Shown here: piece after piece, positions 25,260 through 37,396 of the stretch
Position numbering within the stretch: the first letter of the stretch is position 1
Layout: each line of letters begins with the position of its first letter
NCBI RefSeq assembly: GCF_964188315.1
Contig: NC_135667.1
Location: 16,802,001 to 16,866,000, forward strand
Origin: Podarcis muralis
Lineage: Eukaryota
DNA: 64,000 bases
Direction of reading: 5' to 3'
Notes under the pieces: model-generated
What the model was told of the DNA's origin: nothing
The model's input: the letters and a program-made list of their open reading frames with translations, nothing else
The model's database searches: none
Program-made: the position numbers and the translations under genes

Positions 25260-25620
25260 AAAGGTAAAGGTAAAGGTACCCCTGCCCGTACGGGCCAGTC
25301 TTGCCAGACTCTAGGGTTGTGCGCTCATCTCACTCTATAGGCCGGGAGCCAGCGCTGTCCGCACACTTCCGGGTCATGTGGCCAGCGTGACAAAGCTGCA
25401 TCTGGCGAGCCAGCGCAGCACACGGAATGCCGTTTACCTTCCCGCTGGTAAGCGGTCCCTATTTATCTACTTGCACCCGGGGGTGCTTTCGAACTGCTAG
25501 GTTGGCAGGTGCTGGGACCGAACGGCGGGAGCGCACCCCGCCGTGGGGATTCGAACCGCCGACCATGCGATCGGCAAGTCCTAGGCACTGAGGTTTTACC
25601 CACAGCGCCACCCGCGTCCC
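25260..25620 (-). mobile_element. Full-length Sauria SINE (CCCGTACGGG subfamily)
   Basis: 5' GGGACGCGGGTGGCGCTGTGG, (ACCTTT)n tail; 13-bp TSD TCCAATAAATATA at 25247-59 and 25621-33. Confidence 0.92.
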
Positions 25621-25711
25621 TCCAATAAATATATAAGCATGCTTATATATTTATTATAAGCATGGTCTTCCTGTCCATGCCCTTCTCCTTTTCCTAGGTT
25701 CCCGTCTAGAC

Positions 25712-25844
25712 CAGGTGTGGAGAACCTTTGGCCCTCCAGATGATGCTGAACTACAGCTCCCATCATCCCTGGCCACTGGCCATGCTTGATGGGGCTGATG
25801 GGAGTTGTACTCCAGCAATATCTGGAGGGTTCTCCCTACACCAG
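25712..25844. mobile_element. hAT-like non-autonomous MITE with an internal hairpin
   Basis: GAACTACAGCTCCCATCATCCC...GGGGCTGATGGGAGTTGTACTC; 8-bp TSD GTCTAGAC/ATCTAGAC. Degenerate relatives lie at about 20985-21095, 57395-57530 and 61199-61323. Confidence 0.75.
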
Positions 25845-26565
25845 ATCTAGACAACAGAAAACTGTCAGCCAATTTGCTTTAACTTTTGTAGGGGAGTCTC
25901 ACATGTTAAGCCTCTTGGGACTTCAGCCAGGATTCTCAGAGAAATATTCTGGAGTCCTGGCATTTGAATAGGGATGGAGAATCTGCAGCCTGCGGGCTGG
26001 ATCCAGACCATTGTGGCATTTCTTCCAGTATGCCTGAGGAGAGCATTATATTTGTGGATCAGATTGCCTGACAGCTGGGCCTTGTGAGCACCTTCAAAGC
26101 TTTCCCCAAGTGAGAGGCTGACTTCCTGTTTGGAGAGGGACTCTTTTGAAAACACCTTCAGGCCAGCTGATGGACAACCCATTCTGTGCCTTCGAAGGTG
26201 AATACCCTGCTCATGTCAGCAGGCCTGATCCAAACTTTTAAAGCACTACAGGAAGGAGAGGCAACCCTACCTTTTGGAGGTGGAGGTGGATTGGTGGGTG
26301 GGCCAATGGTCCCCGACTGAAGTGGAAGGAAGGTTCCCTACCTCTCGGTTTGAGAGAGGAGTGTCAGAATTGTGACAGAAGTAAGCCAGAACAGGGTGCA
26401 TGAGAGCATGAACTAAATTCTGAGGTTGCAAATGGGGCTCCTCAAAAGAGAACAAGGACAATCAAGCATGACTCCAGGATTCTCTGGAAAGTGTGTGTGT
26501 TTAGGGAGAAATCCAGTCCTCCAAATACAGCCAGGGTAGGCGGGTGGCTTTCCTTTTCCACATAC

Positions 26566-26648
26566 CAGGAGTTCTTCGACGATTGATCAAGGAGCTCTTA
26601 GGGGAGGCAGGCTCATCATCAAAGTCAAACTCCGTTGGCACGTGGGGC
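26566..26648 (-). CDS. PAGR1: PAGR1 coding exon 2
   Basis: ctgcag|GCCCCAC...ACTCCTG|gtatg; [27 protein letters not shown]. Confidence 0.95.
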
Positions 26649-26808
26649 CTGCAGCAAAGAGAGAAAAATGGAAATCCGCCCAGCACCAGAAGCCCCTCCC
26701 TCCTTTCCTGTCACCAGCACCATCTCAGATTTTGGATCCTTCCCCAAACTCCCCTTTCAAGTCAAATATTACCCCTCTCCCCGCAAAAAGAAAGACATGC
26801 GCTCTCAC

Positions 26809-27203
26809 TTCTCTTCCTCCTCTTCTTCCTGGTTCTCCAGCTGCCCATCAGATTTATCCTCATCTTCGCTGTCAGGCTCTGGGGTAGGGTTGCGCCGGGG
26901 TAGGATCTCTGCCTGGATCTCTAGAGTCCCCTGGGCAGCAATGAGCTCATAGAGGCGCCGGATCTCCTCAGGGGGAGGCATCCAGCTGTCTGGGGACTCC
27001 AGTTCCTCATCGCTGCAGGGGACGCACCAGTCCTCCTCGGCCGATTCGTCTCCCTTCGCCAACTGCTCCCCATCTCTCTCCCCGGCTGCGTCATCTTGTT
27101 CCTCGGTGGTCGGAGGTAGCTCTGAGGCAGGCTCATCTTCTACTGCCAAGGACTGCATCCCTGAGGTGACTTCACCTTCCTCCACAGTGCTGGCCTCCTC
27201 CAT
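26809..27203 (-). CDS. PAGR1: PAGR1 coding exon 1
   Basis: gcagccATGG (strong Kozak context); [10 protein letters not shown]...[11 protein letters not shown]...[16 protein letters not shown]...EEEEEEK|gtgag. Confidence 0.92.
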
Positions 27204-28645
27204 GGCTGCTGGAGAGACAGAGGCCACAGAACTGAGAGAGGCAGGGCAAACAGGACCCTAACATAACCGGGCAAGGACCTGCCTGGTACAAGACGGCGGC
27301 CATCTTGGGAAACCCCTACAGCAAAATGTGAGCTAGCGTGGTGCAGGAGTGTGGGTGGCTGGTTGTCCCTCGCCTGCAAGATTATCTTTCTCTTTTGGCA
27401 TCAGAGACTCCTCTCCAAACTTTCACATCCTCCAATGAAAGTTTTCTTGGGAGCGCAGAGATGGGGCTCAAAAAGATGAATTGCCAGTGTTTCCAAACTA
27501 ACTCCTTAGATACACCTCTCCTAGTTGCCTGTAGTTGAGGGAGGAGGGTTAGCTGTCATGAAAAGTGTAGAGAAAAATTGTATGTTCTGGGAAGACTTCT
27601 TAGGCCTCCTCTTTCTTGCTGCCTCTGCCAGCAAATTCAGAGACATCTTTGCTCTGTCTCTTAACACCTTTCAGATCAATAATCCATTGATCTGCCCCAG
27701 CCTTCCCATAAATAATGAAGTGGAATTCGCCCCTGTCCAGAGGAAGCGCCCAGATAAAGATCTCTTTGAAGTTGCCAATTGTTATTCATTCTGCCATTCT
27801 GCTGCAAGAAAAACCAGGAAGCCTGTGGCTCATGCCAGGGTAAGAGCAAGGAGGCAGAGGCACAGCAGAGGAAGATGCCTCAGGATGTGCGAATCAGACC
27901 TTATATCAGACTCCAGTCCACTGAGAGATGAATCAAGGTTCTGCTGGCCCATCCTTGCAACCTCCATATCGGAGAAGACCCTCCCACAGCTCCCAGTGTA
28001 TTCCTGGTCAGGGGGGAGACATGATGCCATGAGGAACAACCCCCTTCCCTCTAAGACCATAACTCAGAGATGCTCCATCCAGAGAACCTGTAGAATCAGG
28101 GGACCCCAAAAGCCCTACAGGATCCACCCCACACCCCAGATCTGGACGCAGACACCCTGTGGTCTTATAACTTCATTAAGTGCAACATAAGCCAGTCCAG
28201 AGCTTTACTCAGTCCTGAGGATCCAAAAACTTAACTCCTTCTGATGGAGCTATGTTGCAGTAATGGTAATGGGAGAATTGATTACAAAAAGTGCCAGGGG
28301 TGGGGTTTTGAAGTCCTGAAGTCTCTGCTTTAGACTCCAGAGACAAGCTCCTTACAATCAACTCTGAATGCTATGAAACTGCAAATACATACATATTCTA
28401 GATAGGACGACACTAGCAAGATGAGTCAGATAGCGTCAAGCCATAGTCAGTGTTCTCAACAGGTAAATCCATTCAGGAAGGCCATCCCCCCAGGTTAACT
28501 TCCAGATGAGACAGCCTTGATTTGACTACCTGCCCAATCTCCCAATCCCTAGAAGCTCTCTCATTTTACCCAATCGCCTTTCTGACCCTCGTGCTGGTTC
28601 CTTCTCACTGGTCACATTTTCAGTTCCACTTGACTCACTTTAGAT

Positions 28646-28926
28646 CAGGGGTAGGCCCCCATAAACGGCCGACAGGGGTTGTTTAACCGGCCCACGAGCC
28701 ACCCCTGAACCAAGCCGCCAGCTTGGTGAGTCCCTGCGCGCTGCACTAAAGCGGTGCAGCACGGCATGGGGACTTGCTTCCGCAGCACCAGAAATCGCAT
28801 CTGCGCAGACACAGACGCCGGAAATCCGTCTGCGCAGACGCAGAAAATCGCAGGCGCGATCCGGCCCATGGAGGGATCTCCGCTGGAGTGAACCGGCCCA
28901 GGCAAGGTAAACCTTGCCGACCCCTG
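28646..28926. mobile_element. hAT-Charlie-type non-autonomous transposon
   Basis: TIRs CAGGGGTAGGC / GCCGACCCCTG; perfect 8-bp TSD CTTTAGAT at 28638-45 and 28927-34. Confidence 0.88.
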
Positions 28927-29915
28927 CTTTAGATTAACAGTCCCCTGAGGTAGTGTGACCCTATTTTGGGGATCAGCTGGGTGGCAGTTTTATAAAACTG
29001 CCCCCAAATATACATGTCTATTGTCCCCAAATGTAACATATCCTTTTCTCCCAGCAACCTGGTAAGCAGCTCACTTGCTCTTCAGCGTCAGTAACCCTGA
29101 CTGGCATCATTAGACAGCTTCCTTGCTGTTCAGTACATTGGCTGTCAAGCCACAGACCTCGCTAGACAGCTCCACTGCCAAGCCCAGAAGACTGAGAATA
29201 GGCCAGCAGCCAAAGAACAGTTCTCTTGCCAGGAAACTCAGTTTTCCCTCTTCCTCGCTCTCACTGCACTTAGGCAATCAATATGATCCAGGAAGTTCTA
29301 CCACTGCAGTAAAGCTATATTCCGCAAACATTTAGACCTTGGGCTCGTTCCTCACAGCTGCTCATAAGGACCTCCATTGTGGGTTTTTGTTTCTAGATGG
29401 CCCCGCAGACCCAAACATCACACTGGCCACAACAACAACAAATACCTTTGATTAGGAGCCCAGGCAGGGGCAAAGATCAGCAGGAAGACCCTGCTGAAAG
29501 TCCCTTCCGCTGGAGATCAAAATCGATATGCAGAGAAGCAATGTCTTCACAACTGCGGCTTCTTGGAGAGACTGCGGCTTCTTGGAGAGGATAGTCTCAG
29601 CCCAACCCTGCAGTGATTTAGAAGGCAAAATATTACTTTTCACAAAAGCCCCTTAAGAAACTCATACATATAAGCTCAGCTCCAAATGGCGCCTTAAACA
29701 TGGGTTATGGTTGCCACAATGGAATGTCTAGGCACCCCCCCCCAATGAAATTTGTTATTATTATTCTTCATTTCATTTCTATATCAATTTATATTTTAAA
29801 GAAAAAATCTCAAAGCTGTATACAATACAGTGAAATATCAAATAAAGCAATACAGAATAAAACAAATTCAAGCTTCAAGGAAAATATTTCAGATCCTCCT
29901 CTAAATGACATCTAA

Positions 29916-30095
29916 GTCGGACTAGGACCTGGGAGACCAGGGTTCAAATCCCAACTTAGTCATAAAGGTCACTGGGTGACCCAGGGCCAGTCACAGCCTC
30001 TTAACCTACCTCACAGGGTTGTTGTAGGGAGTGACTGAGGAGGTGGGTGAACCGTGTACTCCTTGGAGAAAAAGGCAGGATATAAATGCAATAAA
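29916..30095 (+). mobile_element. MIR-related squamate SINE
   Basis: B-box GGGTTCAAATCCC, CORE-like CCTACCTCACAGGGTTGTTGT, A-rich end. Confidence 0.7.
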
Positions 30096-30339
30096 GAAAC
30101 TGTTCTGCTTACCTGCTTAAGAAATGTGGAGGGGCCAGCCAGATGGAGATGTCAGTCGCCAACCTGGCATCCAGAGATCTCCATGTGGTTGCAATTGGAC
30201 CTGCACCAGTCGTAAAACACGCCTGGCTAATTTCTAATACTGACCTTAAGGTCTATAGATGATGACAACTGCATAGATCAACTAAGCTTGTCTGCATTCT
30301 TTTTTAACCAAGTATTGCTGGGGTTTAAATGTAATATTT

Positions 30340-30478
30340 TAAGTCCTAATGTAGTAGCTGAAAGACAGACATAATCCGATATAGGATCAGATTTTTTACC
30401 CATTGTTGTCTTTTTAATTGTAATATATTGCTTGTTTTATGTTGCTATGGCCGTTGGCTAATGCAAATAAAGTTTACC

Positions 30479-30522
<44 letters not shown>
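30340..30522 (+). repeat. LINE 3' end with a (TAT)n tail microsatellite
   Basis: ATGGCCGTTGGCTAATGCAAATAAAG followed by about 14 TAT units (30479-30521). Confidence 0.55.
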
Positions 30523-30523
<1 letters not shown>

Positions 30524-30677
30524 AGGATCGGATATCCTATCCTATGCAGAAGTTCAGTGGGACTTACCTCTAGGTATGTGTGTACAGAACTACAGCCTAA
30601 GCTACAAATCAGGCAACCCCCAGGTTGAATCTTGCCTCTGCTATGAAATCATTAGGTGGCTGTCTACTCTCACAGCC

Positions 30678-30845
30678 ACATAAGAAGCTGCCTTATACTG
30701 AATCAGACCATTGGCCCATCTAGCTCAGTAATGTCTACACTGAGGGGCAGTGGCTTTCAAGGGTTTCAGACTGGGGAGATGCTGAGGATTGAACCCAGGA
30801 GCATATGCATGTAAAGCAGATGCTTTGCCCCTGAGCCACAGGCCC
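30678..30845 (-). mobile_element. tRNA-derived SINE with a CR1-like tail
   Basis: Minus strand reads GGGCCTGTGGCTCAGGGGCAAAGCAT...GGGTTCAATCCT...GACCAATGGTCTGATTCAGTATAAGGCAGCTTCTTATGT. Confidence 0.7.
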
Positions 30846-31008
30846 TTCCTCTCTTTCTCAGCTCAGTCCTTCCCTCCTGCAAAGTGGGTGAGGATGATAC
30901 TGAATTACCTTACTGGGCTACGTGAGGATTGCTACTAGAATAGCTAGATGACTGTATGTGAAGTACTTGAAAGCATAATGCAGGTATTTAAAGCAATATC
31001 CTTTAATG

Positions 31009-31145
31009 CAGGGATGGGGAAATTGCGACCTTCCAGATGTTGCTGGATTATGGCTCCCATCATCCCTCAGTAATGGCTCAGCTGGCTGAGGCTGATGGGA
31101 AGCCAACAGCATCTACTCTACAGGGCAACAGGTTTCCCATCTCTG
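31009..31145. mobile_element. hAT-like MITE
   Basis: CAGGGATGGGGAA...TTTCCCATCTCTG; TSD CTTTAATG/ATTTAATG. Confidence 0.75.
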
Positions 31146-32199
31146 ATTTAATGTAAGTAAACCACTCTCAGCTACCACACCAAAGCATAAACCAAATACA
31201 AGGACAATATTGTTGAAAATGCAGCAAGCAAATGAAGTTACACACATATCAACTTGGACATTCCAAGGAAAGCAGATAGAAGTTTCATGGGCAATGATCC
31301 CTGCTTTAGCTTTCTTTCGGAGTAGAGATTGCTGGAGACCAGTGCCATCTTTTAAGTATTTGGTTTATTCCCAAATATTCAGGTAGAGGATAGAAGATGG
31401 AGGCAAACAATATAACCACTGCTGCCAGGCAAGGACCTTAAATCAGTTGTCCAGTGAGCAGAAGCTTCTGCACCAGTTCTCCCACTGTTTTCAGAAAGCT
31501 GTCATTTCATCACAGTTTCAGGAGGAACCCCACCCCAACCCAGAACTAGAAGCTGCCAAGCATGCCACTTTCCACAGTCTCTTAAATTTTCTTACAGAAA
31601 GTTAATGGTTGGGAGAAAAGCTTCTACTGGTATTCTGGACCCCCAACATACCTGATAGCAGCTATAATATTAAACTAGCATTCCTTTTTTCCTTTGCTTT
31701 TATTTTTTTATTCCAGTCAAGAGTAATCAGGGCTTTGGCATCCGGCTAAAAATTTTGTTTTTTTATTGACCATCCACTCTGGAGAAGAGCTGTGCAGCTA
31801 ATTCCAAAGCTATATCCTTCTTTTAGTTAAGTATGACCATGATCCAAAGTTATGCATTTCTTACGGCCCATTGAGTTCAATGGCAGAGTTAAGCCCGAAC
31901 ACCTACCCGTAAGTAAGTCACCCCACTGAGCACGGCATCTTGCTCCCTTGTATTAATAAGTAAAAGAGGACATTGCACGAAGTTTTATACTTTTGCCACT
32001 GAAATAAATCAATCCAAGGCACTCTTAAAATGCTTAACTTCGGCTGGATCATGCTCAAAGTCAACTAAAAGAAGATCTGTTGTCTTAGGATCCTCCCCCC
32101 CTCCCCTTTTAATTTTTTCAAAAAGTCACTCTGCACATGCTCAAAGAGACTTCATCGGATCATTTCTTCCACGGCTCAGCACTAAACACGAACCACGAT

Positions 32200-32820
32200 C
32201 GGGGATTAAGTCTTGCGGGGGGGCTTCACCACGGCGGGTGGCCAGGGAGGGAAGGAAGGGAGGAGACTCGTTCACCCACCCGCCGCGGGTCTTATCCGGA
32301 CCTCGAAGCTCGCGCGCTTCCCTGCCATGTCGGTTTCCTTCGCCCCGGACCAACCAAGGATCAAAAGCTGAGCGGCGCACAACCGATCACCCAAAACCAG
32401 CCCGCAAAAGCCGAGTGTAAGAACAATCGATCGCTGCTGTTGCTGCTTCCTGGAAAGGGGGGTACTCAAAAGTACCGGTCACTTTCTCAGCTGCGCACGC
32501 GCCGCAAAAATGGGAAGGGGGAGGGAAGCGGCCGCTTTTTCTCCGGCGGAACTTGTTCTACGCGCAGGCGCAGTGACTAACGGCTGGGTCCTTCCCTCTC
32601 TCCGATTGGCCGCTTTCTCCTTCCTGGGGCGGGCTTAGCGCCAAATACAAACGAAGTCCGGGAGTTGCTCTGAGGCGATTTTGGGAGCGAGTGAAGGACC
32701 CGCCTGGGAAGGCGGGAGAGGGGTAAGTGGCCCCCCCGGCTGCGCCTCAGTTGCCGGTTGTGGCGAGCGGGCGGAGCCAGAGCGGGGTCGCCGCTGTTCC
32801 CGCGGCCTGCGAGAGCCTTT
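32200..32820. promoter_or_regulatory. CpG island; bidirectional PAGR1/KIF22 promoter
   Basis: Dense CpG; inverted CCAAT (ATTGG 32605-09), GC box 32626-33, E2F site GCGCCAAA 32638-45. Confidence 0.75.
32640..32722 (+). other. KIF22: KIF22 putative non-coding exon 1
   Basis: Strong donor GG|GTAAGT at 32722/23 within the CpG island, with no ATG; the 5' start is approximate. Confidence 0.55.
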
Positions 32821-32823
32821 GTG

Positions 32824-33180
32824 CATAGAATCTGAAGAGTTCGAAGGGACCCCGGCGGTCATCTAGTCCAACCCCCTGCAATGCAGGGATCTCATGTAAA
32901 GCATCCATGGCAGATGGCTTAAAAATCTCCAGGGAAGGAGAATCCACCAGCTCCCGAGGGAGACCTTTCCACTGTTGAAGAGCTCTTACTGTCGGAAAGT
33001 TCTTCCTGGGGTTCTTCCTGTCGGAACCTCCTTTATTGTAACTTGAAGCCACTGGTTCGAGGCCTGCCCTCCAGAGCAGGAGAGAACGAGCTTGTTCCCT
33101 CTTCCATGGGACAGCCCTTGAGATATTTGAAGATGGCTATCCTATCTCCTTTCAGTCTCCTCTTTTCCAGGCTAAACATA
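32824..33180 (-). mobile_element. CR1 LINE 3' end in KIF22 intron 1
   Basis: MFSLEKRRLKGDRIAIFKYLKGC...GFKLQ...VRALQQWKGLPRELVDSPSLEIFK; TAGATGACC...GATTCTATG tail. Confidence 0.88.
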
Positions 33181-33673
33181 CTCAGCATACTTCTACCACA
33201 GAAATTTGACAGAGTGGCCAGGATCCCTGATAATAATTTACTGGTTGCATTACCTGGGCAGTCTGTCCATTCTTTTGAGATGGTAAATGCTTTAGTTCTA
33301 GAATCCAGGTCACAGGCCACCCTTTCCTGCACAAATACGCCCTTAAGACAGGATTTGTAGGATTTGTAAGTGAAAGGACTTACAAGGAAATGGAGGGAAT
33401 ATTTAGAGACATTAGGGGAGCCAAGATGGTTTTTTTGGGATTGTTTTGTGTGCTAAAATAATGTGTAATTTTTTCAGGGAATATTTCTTAAAATTTGAAA
33501 GACAAAGGATTGGTTTTCTGTGGAATGCATGTGCATCCTAAAATTTTATAACTAGAACCACCCCAAAGGGGACCTTCAATAATGATCTCAGTTCACAGAT
33601 GAGCTGGTGCGGAGTTTGGTGCTTCTTCTGGTACTTGTATCTCACCCTGCACTTTTTCTCTTCTTAGATATCA

Positions 33674-33873
33674 ATGAAATCTTATCAACGATTAAGCCGT
33701 TATGAAGCCCAGCGAACCCCCAGCAATGCACCGGCTCGAGTTCGGGTTTGTGTGCGATTGCGGCCAAGTGTGGGAACAGGAGAGGGAAAGGAAGCCCCTT
33801 GTGTACGTGGCGTGGACTCCTGCTCCCTGGAGATCCTGAACGTGAGAAATAATATGGAGACAATGAAATACAA
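33674..33873 (+). CDS. KIF22: KIF22 coding exon 1
   Basis: Acceptor at 33667/68, ATG at 33674; [12 protein letters not shown]...[12 protein letters not shown]...ETMKY; AA|gtgagt. Confidence 0.88.
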
Positions 33874-35289
33874 GTGAGTTGGGCAGAGAACGTTGGAAGA
33901 ACCAGGCTTCGTGTAGGTTGTGGCCCTATGGCACCCCTGTTTATGGTTTTTAACAGGGGCATTAGTTGGAACTGAGCAGTGTCTGGAGGAATAGCAGCCC
34001 TTCACTTCCAGTATGAGAAGCAACAGAGGCCTTTCTCTAGGCCCCTCGCTGCCTTTTGTCTGTCTCCTTGCAACTGACAGGATAGTTATGGGAAACCACT
34101 GGCTTAAAACCACTGACTTAAAGTGACTGCTTCTGCCTGTTTTGCCACTGCTGTTCTTTGATAGTCTAGGCATGACGGGTTGCTACTGGATTGTTAACGG
34201 GCTCTGCATATGAACAAAGGAGGGAGAGATGGTGCCTGTATTCCTGCTGGGAAAAGTATTAGTTCAGTTGAGACCCCATCCCACCCTGATGTTATAAGAA
34301 TTTTTACATCTTAGATATATAATAAATGTTCATAAATGTACCAAGCAAACACATACATAAATGTATAAACCACATGTCTGAAGCAGCACAGGAAGACAGT
34401 CCTGAAACCATTTTAACTCCCAAACTGGCCAAATGTTTCTCTGCAAGGATGGAGGAAATGAAAAAAAAACCCCTTACCATTGTCTCAGGAATCAAGTAAT
34501 TTCCATCATTTCAAAGGAGTGGCCAGACTACCAGAAAAGGCAATCAGATAAGACATTATCAGATAACCTGGCAGACAGGAAAAACAACATTCAAATTTCT
34601 GTTGTAGACCACCTTTTCTGTGATGTAGGTATGATGTATCTGGGGGGGAGGGTCTGGAGCTCAAGGGCAAGGAATTTCAAAATAGATATATAAGGCCTTG
34701 TGCGCCATTGTTCGAGGTCCTCTTCTCTCCTGCGTGTGGGGGAGCACCCTGTTGCAACAGTTAGTAAGATCAGGCTTACTAGCTGCTTTGCTTCTCAATA
34801 TTCTCTGGTTGGCCTATGTTATTTTCTCCTACTGATAGAGAACTTACAAAAGGACTCTATATGGGCTCTTGGGTACCCCATAAGGGAAAAGGAGCAGGTT
34901 TTTTTTACTTATTTCACTGAGAAGCTGTCAGTCCCTACCTTTCGTTCACATTTCTCTCGCGGTATATGGCTTGGTTGAAACAATTGATGTCATTTCAAAA
35001 CTGGCTTTGGACAGTATAGCAATTTATTGCATAGCTCTAAATAGCACTCTGGTTTCCAACAGGCATCTGGTTGGCTACTGTGAGAACAGTGCCCTGATCC
35101 AGCAGGGCCGTTCTTATGTTGATAATAGTCTGTACAACATGAAGAATGGGGGTATGCTAGGGAAAAAAGCTCTTATGGGATATCTGCCACTCCTTCTGCA
35201 AAGCCTCCTGTTACTTATCCCTGCTGTAGAAATTGCTGAACTTTCGGAGAAGCCAGCAGGCCTCAATTCCACTTCTCTATTCCCACCAG

Positions 35290-35417
35290 ATTTGACGCTT
35301 ATTACAGTGCAACGGCCACGCAGTATGATGTCTACATGGGGTCAGTTCAGCCTATCTTGCACCATCTGCTGGAAGGGCAGAATGCCAGCATCTTGGCGTA
35401 TGGGCCTACCGGAGCAG
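35290..35417 (+). CDS. KIF22: KIF22 coding exon 2
   Basis: caccag|ATTTGAC...GGAGCAG|gtaac; FDAYY...[17 protein letters not shown]. Confidence 0.95.
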
Positions 35418-35567
35418 GTAACTATAAAACAGTGCGCAAAGGGATGAACCCAACCTAGAGTTGGTGGGGGTCGGCAGGTGGGCTAGGGCTTGGAATTGGG
35501 CTGAGGGAGGACACGATGGTTTTTCCTCTCTCCACATCTCTTTTGTTCCCCCTCCCTAAAATGGCAG

Positions 35568-35716
35568 GGAAGACGTACACCATGTTGGGGAGTCCGGAGC
35601 AGCCGGGGGTGATTCCAAGAGCAGTTCAGAATCTCTTGCAGATGACAAGGGATGCTTCGGGGGATCAGCGGAAGTACTCGGTCTCTATGTCATACCTGGA
35701 AATCTACCAAGAGAAG
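35568..35716 (+). CDS. KIF22: KIF22 coding exon 3
   Basis: ggcag|GGAAGACG...GAGAAG|gtaac; [18 protein letters not shown]...SYLEIYQEK. Confidence 0.95.
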
Positions 35717-36711
35717 GTAACGGGTGCTGGACAAAATGCGTAAGGGGGAAAACAGCCTAGTATATAAGAATGGTGGGATCTTTGGGGAAGAAAGCAGCTT
35801 AGAACAAGATGGGGCTGAGGAGCCAGATGTATTGGGGAGAGCATGACCTAATTAGACTACAGCAAGTGATACTGGCAGCAGATTTGAACACACTCTGGCC
35901 TCCTTTTTTGTTGTATTGAAGACTGGCAGTGTTTTGAGCCCTGGGAAGTTTGTTAATGTGACCAGAACTCCATCCTGTTCCCTGTTGGTATTTAGAAGAT
36001 CAGTGTGTCATCTGCTGCTAGTCTGATCTGGAGAGGGTCCCGTCTCAGTGCCTGCTGATGCTGTCACATGTGTGCTCTGGCCCTGCTTGAAGATTAGTGA
36101 AGAACTGAGGCGTTGCTAATGGGAATGGGGAAAGAGACTGGGCAGCTGCTTCAAAAGCAAGCCGAAATGGCTGCAAAGGGGAGGAGAAGAAAGGAAAGAG
36201 CAGTAGAAGGGCAGGGAAGACAAATGGAGTAAGGCAGGGGTGGGGAATCTTTGGCCCTCCAGACTGTAGCTTCCATCTTCCCTGACCATTGGGCATGCTG
36301 AGGGGAGCTGGAGTCCTACAAGCTCTGGAGGACCATAAGTTATTTATCCTTGGGGGAAGCAGACAGAATGGAGCCTGGGAAGGAGGAGAATGATTGAATG
36401 CAAGTGGAGAAAGGACAGGGAGGAGGGGGAAATTTGGAGGAGTGAACAGAGTGTGGCATGGAAGTTAGATGGAGACTAAAGGTGATGAGCCAAAAGTGCC
36501 CAGGAGAAAGGAGGTCTCTTACAGAGGAGGGTAAGAGGTGAACTTATTCAGTGTTTGCAGAAGGCTGGATTTGCATTCTACTTGATCAAACCACACAATC
36601 TGTTCAAGTAAACTTACGTTGTTCTCCATGTGCTTCTGAGGAGCCAGGGGATTTAAGTGAGGTGGGGTTTGAGGTGCCACCTGGACCAACACTAGTCTGC
36701 TTGTTCCCCAG

Positions 36712-37152
36712 GTCTTGGACCTTCTCGAGCCTTCCCTCCGTGACTTGCCAATCCGGGAGGATCAGAATCACCACATTCTGGTGCCTGGTCTGACGGAGAG
36801 AGAGATAACCAGCTTCTCAGACTTTGAGAAACATTTCTTGCCTGCCAGCAGCAACCGTACAGTGGCATCCACACAGCTGAATAATCGCTCGAGCCGCAGT
36901 CACGCTGTCCTGCTGGTGTACGTGAGCCAGACCCGGGGCTGGCCGCCATATGCCCAGCGGGCTGCCAAGCTTTGCCTTATCGACTTAGCCGGCTCAGAGG
37001 ACAACCGGCGGACAGGCAACAGAGGGGTGCGCCTGAAGGAGAGCGGGGCCATCAACACGTCACTCTTTGTGCTTAGCAAGGTGGTGGATGCCCTCAACAA
37101 GGGGCTGCCTCGCGTACCCTACAGAGACAGCAAACTCACTCGCCTGCTGCAG
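36712..37152 (+). CDS. KIF22: KIF22 coding exon 4 (switch I/II)
   Basis: ccccag|GTCTTG...CTGCAG|gtagt; 441 nt containing [18 protein letters not shown] and [11 protein letters not shown]. Confidence 0.95.
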
Positions 37153-37242
37153 GTAGTTGGGGTGCCTGGGTTCATTGGTGGGGCTGTGGATTTGGGAAGA
37201 GCTGCGTTTTATTTTACTGAGCATATTTCTCTTTCCTGAAAG

Positions 37243-37396
37243 GATTCTTTGGGCGGTAGTGCTCACAGCCTGATCATTGCAAATATCGCCCCTGAGAGGA
37301 AGTACTACTTTGAAACGCTCACAAGCCTCAACTTTGCTGCCAAATCCAAGCAAGTGGTGAACAAACCCTTCACGCAAGAAACTCTGCTGGATGTTG
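37243..37396 (+). CDS. KIF22: KIF22 coding exon 5
   Basis: gaaag|GATTCT...GTTG|gtgag; [18 protein letters not shown]...[15 protein letters not shown]. Confidence 0.93.

Larger units (their letters stand above)
24452..27203 (-). other. PAGR1: PAGR1 gene, 3 coding exons, 220 aa
   Basis: join(27203-26809,26648-26566,24636-24452) = 663 nt in frame; Glu-rich, with the motifs [17 protein letters not shown] and [12 protein letters not shown]-like. Confidence 0.95.

Noticed and set aside
27525-28190. 221-aa + strand ORF upstream of the PAGR1 coding start
   Set aside because: GTG/TTG-type start, no motifs or splice support; probably a chance ORF in intronic sequence.
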